DNA of 50,928 nucleotides, from contig JBNMHL010000003.1 in assembly GCA_050872745.1 (NCBI GenBank), positions 1-50,928 of the forward strand, read 5' to 3'. The notes under the pieces are model-generated. The model did not search any database. It was given only the letters and a program-made list of their open reading frames with translations, and was not told the DNA's origin. The translations under genes and the position numbers were made by a program. Every line of letters starts with the position of its first letter. Positions within the stretch are counted from its first letter, which is position 1. This DNA comes from Clostridiales bacterium. GTDB taxonomy: Bacteria; Bacillota; Clostridia; Christensenellales; UBA1242. This document shows positions 1 through 9,359 of the stretch, in pieces.

Positions 1-78
1 GCTTCATACTTGCCAAAATGTGAAGCAAAATATAAAGAAAAACTGTTGCAATTTGTTAATGTAATTGATTTCCAATAA
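1..78 (+). CDS. 3' end of a gene truncated by the window edge (ASYLPKCEAKYKEKLLQFVNVIDFQ*)
   Basis: Frame 1 is open from base 1 to TAA at 76-78 and is followed by an intrinsic terminator at 102-139. Confidence 0.55.
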   Translation, partial: ASYLPKCEAKYKEKLLQFVNVIDFQ

Positions 79-101
79 TTGCACAACGTAATAATATAAA
101 T

Positions 102-139
102 AAAAAAACTAGCAAATTTGAGTGTTTGCTAGTTTTTTT
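102..139 (+). terminator. Intrinsic terminator
   Basis: AAAAAAACTAGCAAA...TTTGCTAGTTTTTTT hairpin with U tract. Confidence 0.75.
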
Positions 140-271
140 ATTAAGTAAACCACGTAACAATGAAGAGATTCTCATATTGATTACAATAAAGCCTATTTTC
201 TTATGTGCAAACCAAAAGCTTTTTATTGATTATTTTTCTTTGGTTTTGCAACTTATTTCCATCTTATCTTA

Positions 272-444
272 TTTGATGATATTGTTTGTTTCACTCACAA
301 TGATATTGGCCTTTGGTCAATGGTATTACTCACTTTCGTTTATAATGATATAAAATTGAACCATTACTTTTGCGATAGCATAATATCATTGCATTATCAA
401 TATCATTACGAAGTAATATCATTGAACCGTTAGGTTCAATTTTA
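272..444. repeat. REP/REPIN-like composite palindromic repeat
   Basis: About four AATGATATT-like units (272-350) face three AATATCATT units (382-423); TAAAATTGAACC (351-362) and GGTTCAATTTTA (433-444) form an inverted repeat. Confidence 0.55.
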
Positions 445-448
445 TTGC

Positions 449-486
449 AAAATAAAAGGTCTTTCATTTGAAAAACCTTTTATTTT
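449..486 (-). terminator. Terminator downstream of tRNA-Thr
   Basis: AAAATAAAAGGT...ACCTTTTATTTT hairpin directly after the tRNA CCA. Confidence 0.75.
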
Positions 487-489
487 GCT

Positions 490-565
490 TGGAGCTGATG
501 ACCGGACTCGAACCGGTGACCTATTGATTACGAATCAATTGCACTACCAACTGTGCTACATCAGC
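490..565 (-). tRNA. tRNA-Thr(CGT)
   Basis: Reverse complement GCTGATG...CATCAGCTCCA; anticodon arm ATTGA-TT-CGT-AA-TCAAT; GGTTCGA T-loop; encoded CCA. Confidence 0.96.
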
Positions 566-570
566 ATATT

Positions 571-760
571 CTTTTGGTTGTGAAAATTACATTTTAGTTT
601 ATTTTTAGAATCAAATCTAACGTTTGGGTTGATAGATTAAATAAAAGTTTAATTTGTGTGCTTAAGGCTTCTTTGTTTAAAAATTGTATTTTTTTAACTT
701 AGGTTGTTTTAAATTGTTTGGAGTAAGTTGGTTTTAATTAGTTAAACACACCACAAACTA
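571..760 (-). ncRNA. Candidate divergent AU-rich 6S RNA co-transcribed with tRNA-Thr
   Basis: ~190 nt between a sigA promoter and the tRNA; 5' UUUGUGGUGUG can pair with 3' CACAACCAAAA; AACCAAC and GAAGCC lie in an order reminiscent of clostridial 6S; internal pairing is weak. Confidence 0.35.
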
Positions 761-765
761 ACGAT

Positions 766-794
766 ATAATACCATTTTTAATTTATTTTAGCAA
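766..794 (-). promoter_or_regulatory. sigA promoter for the candidate ncRNA and tRNA-Thr
   Basis: TTGCTA-17-TATTAT with TG extended -10 on the minus strand. Confidence 0.6.
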
Positions 795-926
795 GAAAAA
801 AGCTAATATTTTATTAGGTTAGTGTTATTTCTATTTCATTTTAAGATTTAATACTTTTATTAAGTAGAGTAAAACTTAGTGGGGTTGAAAACATTTAAGT
901 TAGTGAATTTATTATTGAAAAAAACC

Positions 927-955
927 TTGACAAATTAGTTTAAATGATATATTAT
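927..955 (+). promoter_or_regulatory. sigA promoter of rplM-rpsI
   Basis: TTGACA-17-TATTAT. Confidence 0.75.
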
Positions 956-959
956 TATT

Positions 960-1050
960 GAGCGTAAATTTGCGAATGCTATTATTTTAAATTAGCCCCT
1001 TAAAATTTTAGGTCGTGAAATTGAGATGCTAAAGAATATTTAATTGAAAA
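960..1050 (+). promoter_or_regulatory. Possible L13 leader (ribosomal protein autoregulatory element)
   Basis: 5' UTR of rplM containing TAGCCCC followed by a small hairpin (CCTTAAAATTTTAGG), similar to Firmicute L13 leaders. Confidence 0.4.
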
Positions 1051-1066
1051 ATTATAGGAGAAAGTT

Positions 1067-1510
1067 ATGAAAACTTTAATGGCAAAAAAAGAAACCGTGA
1101 GCCGTGAATGGTTATTGGTTGATGCTAAAAATATGCCACTAGGTAGAGTTGCTAGTCAAGTTGCTGCTATTCTTAGAGGTAAGCATAAACCTATTTTCAC
1201 TCCTCATGTTGATTGTGGTGATTATGTTGTTGTTATCAACACAGATAAAATGATTTTAACTGGAAAAAAGGATGTTCAAAAATTAGATCGTAGATATTCT
1301 GGTTTCCCAGGTGGACTTAAAGAAGTTCAATACAAAGACTTGATGGAAAAGAAAAGCGACTATGTGTTAGAGAAAGCAGTTAAAGGTATGCTTCCAAAAA
1401 ACACACTTGGCAGAGAAATGGCTAAGAAATTAAAAGTATATAAAGATGAAAATCATCCTCATCAAGCTCAAAATCCTAAAAAGGTAACTTTAAAGGGGGA
1501 AGGTAGATAA
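1067..1510 (+). CDS. rplM: 50S ribosomal protein L13
   Basis: [37 protein letters not shown] and VKGMLPKN motifs; AGGAG RBS. Confidence 0.99.
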   Translation: MKTLMAKKETVSREWLLVDAKNMPLGRVASQVAAILRGKHKPIFTPHVDCGDYVVVINTDKMILTGKKDVQKLDRRYSGFPGGLKEVQYKDLMEKKSDYVLEKAVKGMLPKNTLGREMAKKLKVYKDENHPHQAQNPKKVTLKGEGR

Positions 1511-1959
1511 TGGCTGAAGAAACAAAAAAAGTTGCACCTAAAAAATCAACATCTAAAAAAGTTGCTAAAACTAATGCAGTTTTAGGAACAGGTAGAAGAA
1601 AAAGTTCTATCGCTAGAGTTAGATTAACTCCAAACGGAAAAGGTCAATTTATTATTAACGGAAAAGATATTGAAGAATATTTCGCACTTGGAACATTAAA
1701 ACAAGTTGCTAAACAACCTCTTGAATTAGTTGAAGCTGGTGACAAATATGATGTTGCTGTAACTGTTCATGGTGGTGGTTTAACTGGTCAAGCTGGAGCA
1801 ATCAAACTAGGAATTGCTAGAGCATTAAATAGAGCAGATGAAAATCTTCACACTGATTTAAAGAAGGCTGGATTCTTATCAAGAGATGCAAGAGCAAAAG
1901 AAAGAAAGAAGCCAGGTTTGAAAAAAGCAAGAAAAGCTCCTCAATTCAGAAAGAGATAG
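1510..1959 (+). CDS. rpsI: 30S ribosomal protein S9 with a Lys-rich N-terminal extension
   Basis: [42 protein letters not shown]; TAATG overlap with rplM. Confidence 0.99.
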   Translation: MAEETKKVAPKKSTSKKVAKTNAVLGTGRRKSSIARVRLTPNGKGQFIINGKDIEEYFALGTLKQVAKQPLELVEAGDKYDVAVTVHGGGLTGQAGAIKLGIARALNRADENLHTDLKKAGFLSRDARAKERKKPGLKKARKAPQFRKR

Positions 1960-1964
1960 TATAT

Positions 1965-1997
1965 CAAAAAAACCAAACAAACTTGTTTGGTTTTTTG
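1965..1997 (+). terminator. rplM-rpsI terminator
   Basis: AAAAAACCAAACAA / TTGTTTGGTTTTTT hairpin. Confidence 0.8.
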
Positions 1998-2173
1998 CTT
2001 TTTTAAATATGTTAATTTGTGATGTTTTATCACTTTATCACAATTAAAGTTACTTAAATAAGTTGAGAAAATTAGATTGTTTGATTTGCTTTTTATTATT
2101 TTTAAAACTTATTACATGGATAAAAGTAACTTGAAGTCTATTTAATTTTAACATAAAGCATATTTGATTTTTA

Positions 2174-2578
2174 TTATCTTCTGAAACTTTCGCAGTTTCC
2201 CATGGCGTAGATGATAATAGCAAGAACATTGATGCCGTATGATAAAGCTAAAACGATTGTGAATAAAGCTAAATCAGCACCAGTTAGAACTGCGTTTGTT
2301 GAAAATAAACCATAGAAAACAAATGAGCAAATGATGTTAATTAAAGTGATAACGTATAGAATATAACCAACGGTTCCACGCATACCATCAACATTCACAC
2401 TTATGATATCTAGAATAGTTACGCCAACTAGCAAGGCTAAAACTATGATGTACATAATTTGAGCATAAAGAGGCATTGAACTTGTCCAAATGAAAACACC
2501 AAAGAACACAGCAAATGCAACCATAATTCCAATAAGTGTATAATAAGTCATCATTGATAAAGTTTTTTTATGTTCCAT
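2174..2578 (-). CDS. Four-TM membrane protein of unknown function, likely forespore-expressed
   Basis: 134 aa with four hydrophobic segments; AAGGAG RBS; sigG-like promoter upstream. Confidence 0.8.
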   Translation of the reverse strand: MEHKKTLSMMTYYTLIGIMVAFAVFFGVFIWTSSMPLYAQIMYIIVLALLVGVTILDIISVNVDGMRGTVGYILYVITLINIICSFVFYGLFSTNAVLTGADLALFTIVLALSYGINVLAIIIYAMGNCESFRR

Positions 2579-2609
2579 TTTATTCTCCTTTTTGAATATT
2601 TTGTACTTT

Positions 2610-2638
2610 TAGTATGTGCGAAATTTGTTGAATTATGC
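2610..2638 (-). promoter_or_regulatory. sigG-type (forespore) promoter
   Basis: GCATA-17-CATACTA on the minus strand matches the B. subtilis sigG consensus. Confidence 0.55.
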
Positions 2639-2663
2639 GGGCTTTATGATTTTATAAAAAAAC

Positions 2664-2692
2664 TTGATTGTTTTGCTGAAGTGTTATATACT
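2664..2692 (+). promoter_or_regulatory. sigA promoter for the metal exporter and queH
   Basis: TTGATT-17-TATACT. Confidence 0.55.
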
Positions 2693-2835
2693 ACTATGGT
2701 TGTAATTAAGAAATGTATTATGCATTAAATTAAGTATAATTCTATTAGTTGTAAGTTTGAGTTCTTCTAATATAATTAGATTGGAATTGAATAACTAATG
2801 AATATAAATAAACTCTAAAGTTAGGAGGTGAGATA

Positions 2836-3822
2836 ATGTTAGAAGCAATTTGGGAAGCAATAGTAGATTCTTTAAGGGTTTTTCCAATCCTTTTTGCAGT
2901 TTACATAATTATTGAAATAATTGAAGATAAAAGTTCGAAGAATGTTAAACATGATAAGCATTTATCTAGTAAGTTTTCCCCAATAATTGCTGGAACACTT
3001 GGGATTATTCCTCAATGTGGGTTTTCTGTTATAGCAACAGACCTTTTTGCAAAGCGAAAAATAGCAATGGGAACTTTACTAGCGGTTTTTATTGCAACGA
3101 GTGATGAAGCTATTCCAATTATGATATCAAACAAAAATTCAATTGTTCCAATGTTCATAATGCTTGGAATAAAACTTGTTTACGCTATTCTTATTGGTTT
3201 TATTGTCAACTTTGTTTATAATAAGATTAAGCTTAAAAAAATGAAAAATGATTTTAAAGTGAGTGAAGCGAATAAAACATTTTTTGTGTTTAAGTCTTGT
3301 GTGAATGTTGATTTAAAAAATGATGGCATTAAGAAATATTCAACACCTGTTATTGTTTCATGTGAAGACATAAATAAGCCAAATGTTTGCGATATTGGTT
3401 GTTGTGGGCACAACATAGAAAAAGATCCTAGCACATTAAAGAAATTTATATATCACCCATTAATCCACTCACTTAAAATATTTGCGTTTATTTTAATTTT
3501 CAATTTGGCTTTTGAAATTCTTTTATATTTTGTTGGAGAAGGCGCAATTGAAAAGTTTATGGTTGGCACTAGCATCTTTCAACCATTTGTTGTGAGCATA
3601 GTGGGAATGATTCCAAACTGCGTGGCATCTGTTGCAATATCTCAGCTTTTTGTTGATGGACTTATAACCTTTGGCTCGTGTGTGGCAGGGTTATGTGCTA
3701 ACGCTGGGATTGCGATTGCAGTACTTTTCAAACAAAACCCCAATAAGCTTGAAAACTTTACCATTATTGGATTGCTTTATGTTTTAAGTTCAGTGCTTGG
3801 GTTTGTTATTGATTTATTTTAG
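2836..3822 (+). CDS. Putative heavy-metal/manganese exporter (ArsP_2/DUF2899-like)
   Basis: Two hydrophobic halves with IPQCGFSV, ATSDEAIP and IPNCVAS motifs; central Cys/His loop (CDIGCCGH); AGGAGG RBS. Confidence 0.8.
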   Translation: MLEAIWEAIVDSLRVFPILFAVYIIIEIIEDKSSKNVKHDKHLSSKFSPIIAGTLGIIPQCGFSVIATDLFAKRKIAMGTLLAVFIATSDEAIPIMISNKNSIVPMFIMLGIKLVYAILIGFIVNFVYNKIKLKKMKNDFKVSEANKTFFVFKSCVNVDLKNDGIKKYSTPVIVSCEDINKPNVCDIGCCGHNIEKDPSTLKKFIYHPLIHSLKIFAFILIFNLAFEILLYFVGEGAIEKFMVGTSIFQPFVVSIVGMIPNCVASVAISQLFVDGLITFGSCVAGLCANAGIAIAVLFKQNPNKLENFTIIGLLYVLSSVLGFVIDLF

Positions 3823-3830
3823 GAGATTAT

Positions 3831-4379
3831 ATGAAACAAAAGTTATTGCTACACAGTTGTTGTGGGCCTTGCAGTAGTGGAGTGCTGGAAGATTTATCGA
3901 AAGATTTTGATGTGACTGTTTTTTACTACAACCCAAATATATATCCAAAGGAAGAATATGAAAAAAGGCGAGATGCTCAAAAACAATTGATTGAAGAGTT
4001 GAAACCGAATATTAATGTGGGGTTCGTGGAGTTACCATATGACGAAAACGAATATTTGAGTGTGGTTCAAGACCTAGAAAATGAAAAAGAAGGCGGAGCA
4101 AGGTGCGAAAAATGTTTTCTTTTGAGAATGGGTAAAACTGCATTGTTTGCAAAAGAAAATGGTTATGATTTATTCACAACAACCCTATCAGTTAGCCCTC
4201 ATAAAAATGCAAAATTATTAAATGAAATTGGGGAAGTTCTAGAAGAAAAATATGCTATAAAATATCTCGTTGCTGATTTTAAAAAGAAAAACGGATATTT
4301 AAAGAGCATTCAAAATTCTAAAAAATACAACTTATATAGGCAAAATTACTGCGGTTGCAAGTTCTCAATTTGGTTTTAA
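3831..4379 (+). CDS. queH: Epoxyqueuosine reductase QueH
   Basis: LLLHSCCGPCS, YYNPNIYP, RCEKC, TTTLSVSPHK, YRQNYCGC. Confidence 0.95.
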   Translation: MKQKLLLHSCCGPCSSGVLEDLSKDFDVTVFYYNPNIYPKEEYEKRRDAQKQLIEELKPNINVGFVELPYDENEYLSVVQDLENEKEGGARCEKCFLLRMGKTALFAKENGYDLFTTTLSVSPHKNAKLLNEIGEVLEEKYAIKYLVADFKKKNGYLKSIQNSKKYNLYRQNYCGCKFSIWF

Positions 4380-4648
4380 TGATACATAATTATTAAATTT
4401 TAAAACTATCAGAGTTTGACAATGTTTATAGAAATATAAATATATAGCCAAAAGCGATATTTTAATATAAGGAAAAATTTTCCATTAATAATTTATAAAA
4501 AGATGGGCATTTAATTTGTTAAAAAAAGAGTAAAAATGGTAATTTATTAAATTATATTTTTACTTTTTTTTTGTTGTATTTTGCACAGTACATATTGACA
4601 AATTTTCTAATTGTGATACTATTAATATAAGGTTACAAGGGTGGAAGT

Positions 4649-6229
4649 ATGAGCGAAGAAAGTAAAAAAGAGCTTGATGAGAATAAAGATGAGCTAAGCA
4701 AAAAGAATCTTGATATTCAAGTTGATGATGAATGGAGATTAACTCAAGAGAGTGCTCTTCAAGTAATCAAAAATGGTGGATTCGAAATGCAATCTCAGTT
4801 TTTAAATCATTTAAAAGATAAATTAAAAGATGAATATAACTCCCCAATAGTTGCAGATAGATTGGATAAATTTAATAGTTGTTTAGTTTACGATAATGAA
4901 AATAGTGGGGCGTTGGCTCTTTGTGATCCAAATTCAAATAGTGTGATGTTGGGTTATTCATTGTTTAATGGGATTAGATTACACAAAAATAAAGATGGAA
5001 AATTTTGCTTAGTACCAATTGTTAAAACTGAGGAGTTTGGGGAATTTATTGATTCAGTTAATCACGAACTTAATCATGCGGCGGCATTTGATGAGGAACC
5101 TATTTATAATAGGCATGGAAAGGAAATAAGCAAAGATTATTTCTTTGGGATAAATAAAAGATATCAATATTGCCAAACGATGGAAGGTATTAATCAGGTT
5201 ATAAGTTCTATGCAAACTGCATTTAATACTGCATCATATTTTGAAGCGCAATTAGCAACGTTTGCGTTGGTTAATTTGTTTGGATTTGATGAATTGAAGA
5301 GAATAACAACTGAAGATCCTCAAAAAACTCATGAGATTTTAAATAAGTTCACTAATCATAAAGATTATCTTGGCAGGATGGAAACCTTGGTTTACATCTC
5401 CGACTATATAATGGAAAATATGATGAGCATTGAAGGTGATGAGAGTAAAAAAGAATTATATGATGAGTATTTGAAGTATTATAAAGATACTCTTTCAGTA
5501 ATTAATGGTTTCACACTTTTTGATATTATTATTCCAAAAATGGCAGAAAAGAAAAGCGATATCGCTAAATATGATTATGTGAAAAGTTTTGTTAAGCAAG
5601 AATATGTGTTTCAGGCGCAACTTTTAAATTTGTATTATGATACCGTTTTAAGTGTTGGTAATGAAAATGGTGTTCAGTTTAGAGATAGAATATATTCAAG
5701 ATATGAAAACCTGATTGATGTGTTCTCGGATGCGTTTATAAATATTCCAGGGAATCCAACAGTTTTTCAAAGGCTTGGTTGCCATAGTGCACCTATTATA
5801 CTTTCAAAAGAGATGAGCCGTGAGTTAATTGGAATTCAAACATATAAATCTATGGAATTGGAAACTCAAAAAGCGTATGAAAGTTACGTTAAGGCATTGT
5901 GTGAAAACTCGAATGGAAAAATGAAAATTGCAACAAAGATGATTAAATCAGAAAATAGAATGGCACTTGGAAGATTCGTGCCAGATGAAGAGGGAATGCA
6001 AAATATTTCTTCTTTTGAATATGTTGCAGAAAAGAATGGGTATTCAATTGATAATCTAAAATTTCATAGTAATGATAGCACAACATTTGATGTATCTAAA
6101 AAGCCGATTCTTTCAGATGGTGAAATAAACAAGAACTTTTCCTCATTTAATAAATATTTTGCGGAGAGTTGGAAGATGTATGATGAGGGAACAAAATATG
6201 CTGATGATTTGGTGGATGAGCTATATTAA
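4649..6229 (+). CDS. Hypothetical protein with a gluzincin-like HExxH...E motif
   Basis: 526 aa; NHELNHA plus downstream EGINQ; no signal peptide; own promoter TTGACA (4595) with TGATACTAT. Confidence 0.7.
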   Translation: MSEESKKELDENKDELSKKNLDIQVDDEWRLTQESALQVIKNGGFEMQSQFLNHLKDKLKDEYNSPIVADRLDKFNSCLVYDNENSGALALCDPNSNSVMLGYSLFNGIRLHKNKDGKFCLVPIVKTEEFGEFIDSVNHELNHAAAFDEEPIYNRHGKEISKDYFFGINKRYQYCQTMEGINQVISSMQTAFNTASYFEAQLATFALVNLFGFDELKRITTEDPQKTHEILNKFTNHKDYLGRMETLVYISDYIMENMMSIEGDESKKELYDEYLKYYKDTLSVINGFTLFDIIIPKMAEKKSDIAKYDYVKSFVKQEYVFQAQLLNLYYDTVLSVGNENGVQFRDRIYSRYENLIDVFSDAFINIPGNPTVFQRLGCHSAPIILSKEMSRELIGIQTYKSMELETQKAYESYVKALCENSNGKMKIATKMIKSENRMALGRFVPDEEGMQNISSFEYVAEKNGYSIDNLKFHSNDSTTFDVSKKPILSDGEINKNFSSFNKYFAESWKMYDEGTKYADDLVDELY

Positions 6230-6380
6230 GAAAGGTTTGTTGGTTGTTTGTTATGGCAAAACTATAGTGCAATAAAATATTTAGATTTTTATATAATAAC
6301 AAAGTGAGAAGAATAAAACTTTTCATTTTTTTGTTTGTTATTTTAACGAGTTGTGATAATATATCTATAAGGATATTATA

Positions 6381-7748
6381 ATGCAGTTAAGATATTTAAA
6401 TTTTCATAAGTTATTATCGAATTTTGCGGGGAATTTAGTGGGTGCATTTGTGGCATTAATTGTTTATCAAAACACCCATTCTTTTTCTATTCTTTTCTTA
6501 TTTTTATGCTTTGAATATTCAATAAAGATATGTTCTAATTTAATTTTGAAAAAGTTATATTTTTCAAAACCGCAACTGATGCTTTTATATAGGATTATAA
6601 CAATGGTGCTATATAATGTTTGCATTTTATTTATTGATAAGAATATTTATTTGTTTTCAATTTTAACATATTTATTTAAAGGTGTGGATACTTCTATTGA
6701 TGAAATGTCTAAAGAAATTATTTACAATTATTCTTCATTAAACAAAGATAGCGGAAGTTTAGGATTCACAAGGTTGATTGAAAAAATAGGAATTGTGTGT
6801 GCAACACTTGTTGGTGGTTTTTTGCTTGACATAAACAAAACGATAGTTATTTGTATTGCACTTGGAATTTATTTAATATCTTTAATCCCGCTATTAATGT
6901 TCTATTTTAAATCGAAAAATTCTTTAGTTTTTAATAAAGATGCAATATCAAATGCTATGGAAACGCTCAATAATAATGAGGGAAAAAGTAAGAGTTTCAC
7001 ATTAACAAAAGAATTTTTGTTCAGATATTTTATAGTTTATTTCCTTTTTGCGTTTATTGATGTCACGCCTGTTATATTCAAATTATTTGTGTTTTCAACT
7101 GGTGGTAAATACGCAATAGTTGGAATTTATGCTGCTATTTATGAAATATCGTATGGCTTAGGCGGATTTATTTTTGGTAAAATTGATGAAAAGAAAGATA
7201 CAACTAAACTGGTAATTCTTGGAAGTATAGCATTAGGGCTTGTTAATATATTGCTTGTTGTGTTTAAAGTGCCCGTTATTTTGGGAGTATTGTTCTTCTT
7301 GATAGGAACTTTTATGCCAATGCTTTCAATTTATGTTCTCCAACGTTATTTAACAAAATCTAGAATATTAGGAATTAGCAATATTGCACTTCTTCAAAGA
7401 AATAGTGCGTGTTCGAGTGCATATATTCTGCTTTACGGATTTGGGGCGATATTCAATATGTTGTTGCCAGTGTTTATATTAGTTTCTATTGGGATGGAAC
7501 TTTCTGCCTTCGCTATTCCATATAACGAAGAAAAAACGAGAAAAATTCTTGTTGATGTGTTGCAAAACAATGAGATAAGGGCGAGCGACTCCAGGAAAAA
7601 GAAACAACTTAAAGTGCAAACTAACACATTAAGTGAAGAAATGACCAAAAATGATCAAGAACAATCGTTAATAGAAGAAGTTGAAATAGTGAATAAAAGT
7701 AAGGATAAAAAAGGCAACAAAAGTTCTAAAATAACAAAAACAAAATAG
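6381..7748 (+). CDS. MFS-type transporter with a charged C-terminal tail
   Basis: ~12 hydrophobic segments in two halves; GKIDEKK loop resembling MFS motif A. Confidence 0.7.
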   Translation: MQLRYLNFHKLLSNFAGNLVGAFVALIVYQNTHSFSILFLFLCFEYSIKICSNLILKKLYFSKPQLMLLYRIITMVLYNVCILFIDKNIYLFSILTYLFKGVDTSIDEMSKEIIYNYSSLNKDSGSLGFTRLIEKIGIVCATLVGGFLLDINKTIVICIALGIYLISLIPLLMFYFKSKNSLVFNKDAISNAMETLNNNEGKSKSFTLTKEFLFRYFIVYFLFAFIDVTPVIFKLFVFSTGGKYAIVGIYAAIYEISYGLGGFIFGKIDEKKDTTKLVILGSIALGLVNILLVVFKVPVILGVLFFLIGTFMPMLSIYVLQRYLTKSRILGISNIALLQRNSACSSAYILLYGFGAIFNMLLPVFILVSIGMELSAFAIPYNEEKTRKILVDVLQNNEIRASDSRKKKQLKVQTNTLSEEMTKNDQEQSLIEEVEIVNKSKDKKGNKSSKITKTK

Positions 7749-7765
7749 AAAAGTTAAATTGCTAA

Positions 7766-7821
7766 AAAATATGCTTTAATGATGTAAACCATGGTTGGGT
7801 TGCTTCGTTAAAGCATTTTTT
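7766..7821 (+). terminator. Long-stem terminator with an inner TGATGTAAACC...GGGTTGCTTCG cassette
   Basis: ATGCTTTAATGA...TCGTTAAAGCATTTTTT hairpin. Confidence 0.7.
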
Positions 7822-7934
7822 GTTTTTAGCTAGTTAAGCATATGTGAAAATATTGAGCGTGGATTTTAGTTTGTGTTCGAAATGATAAGTACACCTTTTA
7901 AAAGAAGATGGCATATATATTTTAAGGTGATTAT

Positions 7935-8552
7935 ATGAGAAATTTTAGGTTTTTAAATAAAAAGAATTTTAACAACACATACACATATTCAATAGATACA
8001 AATGTATCAAAGGAAAATTGGGTTAATAACGGCAAATATGGTGTTTGTGTTAATAAATTAACAAACGATAAGTTGTTGTTTGAAAATGGTACCGTTTTGA
8101 ACGAAAAATGCTATCAAAAACGAGATGAAGGGGTTGATGGTGTGTTGAATATGAGTGTTAAGTTGGCAAGATTAGCGTATGAAAAAATGATTGAAATTAT
8201 TGATGATTACTCGGTTCTTGAAAACTTAACAAATGATTTAATTATTAAAGAAACTATATTTAATTTGAAAAGCAACTTAAGTGTTTTAAGTTTAACGATG
8301 CAGGCGGTTTATTCAGAACTAAGCGGAGAAAAGTTTGATAAATACATAGAAAAACCAAGTGATATTCCAAATAGTTTTTGTTTTGGTATAAAATATATTT
8401 TGCAAAAGTTAGATGTTGTTTTGAAATATGTTACAAAACTTGATAAATTAATTTTAGCGGAGGGGTTAAATAGGCAATTAATGGCAATTAAAGATGACTT
8501 ATTCATGCAAGTGCAAGCATTAATGCAAATGCAAATTAATTGTTTTTATTAA
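7935..8552 (+). CDS. Hypothetical protein, possibly mother-cell/spore-coat related
   Basis: 205 aa, helical C-terminal half; AAGGTG RBS; upstream AC-17-CATATATAT resembles a sigK promoter. Confidence 0.6.
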   Translation: MRNFRFLNKKNFNNTYTYSIDTNVSKENWVNNGKYGVCVNKLTNDKLLFENGTVLNEKCYQKRDEGVDGVLNMSVKLARLAYEKMIEIIDDYSVLENLTNDLIIKETIFNLKSNLSVLSLTMQAVYSELSGEKFDKYIEKPSDIPNSFCFGIKYILQKLDVVLKYVTKLDKLILAEGLNRQLMAIKDDLFMQVQALMQMQINCFY

Positions 8553-8632
8553 GTTGTAATATAATTAATGGTTTATTTATGATGTATTTAATATGGATGA
8601 TAAAAATAATAAATAAATCAATTGAAATAAAA

Positions 8633-8663
8633 AAATAATGTGGAGTAAAATTCCACATTATTT
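8633..8663. terminator. Bidirectional terminator
   Basis: AAATAATGTGGA...TCCACATTATTT between convergent genes. Confidence 0.7.
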
Positions 8664-9359
8664 CATATTTAAAACATAATCTAACCCAATAAAAATATCA
8701 CTATGGCGCGTTTCCACAATTGTTGGGTTTTCGATGATTAATGCTTTCACGGTTGAAAGATATTCTTGAGCAGTATCTTTTCCGCTTTTGCATATAATCT
8801 CCATAATATCCATTTTCTCTTTCTCATGGGCGATTGGGCTAGTGTAGACAACGTTATCGAAAGAAATAAGCATTTTGAGCCCAGTGCTTTTTGAAAAATG
8901 GAAGCGCTCGCGTTTTTTATCAACAATCATAATGGGTTTCATTGTTTTAACAAGTTCGTGCATATCAGTTTGAAGTCCGTTGGTTATAAGTTCAGTAATT
9001 GCATCGGCAACAAAGTTGGTGTATCTCATTATAGAATCTTTTGCGGGAACAGTTAGGGTGTAGGTGTCTGGCATGTATTGAAGAAAACTGATTCTTTCTT
9101 TTTCGCTATCGTAGCGCACAACAATTTCACTTGTCTTCTTGCCTTTAACTAGGGTTTGGCAAATATTGATTCCAACTTGGTGAAAAAGGTAGTCGGGAGT
9201 GTCATAATAAATTTTATGATATTTATCCTTACCTAAGCTTTCTTTATTAAAATATTTTAGCACTTGGCTCTTTTGGGTTACATCAATTAACTCTTTTTTA
9301 ATGTTACTAAGAATGTATTTGCCACCCAAATAACTTGTTAACTTACCCGTTTCTAGCAT
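8658..9359 (-). CDS. CYTH/triphosphate-tunnel-like protein with degenerate motifs
   Basis: IYYDTPD, KKRERF and ISFDNV match CYTH patterns; the N-terminal ExExK motif is absent. Confidence 0.6.
   Translation of the reverse strand: MLETGKLTSYLGGKYILSNIKKELIDVTQKSQVLKYFNKESLGKDKYHKIYYDTPDYLFHQVGINICQTLVKGKKTSEIVVRYDSEKERISFLQYMPDTYTLTVPAKDSIMRYTNFVADAITELITNGLQTDMHELVKTMKPIMIVDKKRERFHFSKSTGLKMLISFDNVVYTSPIAHEKEKMDIMEIICKSGKDTAQEYLSTVKALIIENPTIVETRHSDIFIGLDYVLNMK

Noticed and set aside
230-272. Minus-strand fragment ...ISCKTKEK* resembling a four-helix-bundle protein C-terminus
   Set aside because: Too short and needs a frameshift; cannot be told apart from chance
126-353. 75-aa ORF in the track
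   Set aside because: Starts within a terminator, overlaps the palindromic repeat, has no RBS, and shows AT-driven hydrophobic composition
2700-2835. yybP-ykoY Mn riboswitch expected upstream of a Mn exporter
   Set aside because: Hallmark GGGGAGUAG and GAGACC motifs are absent
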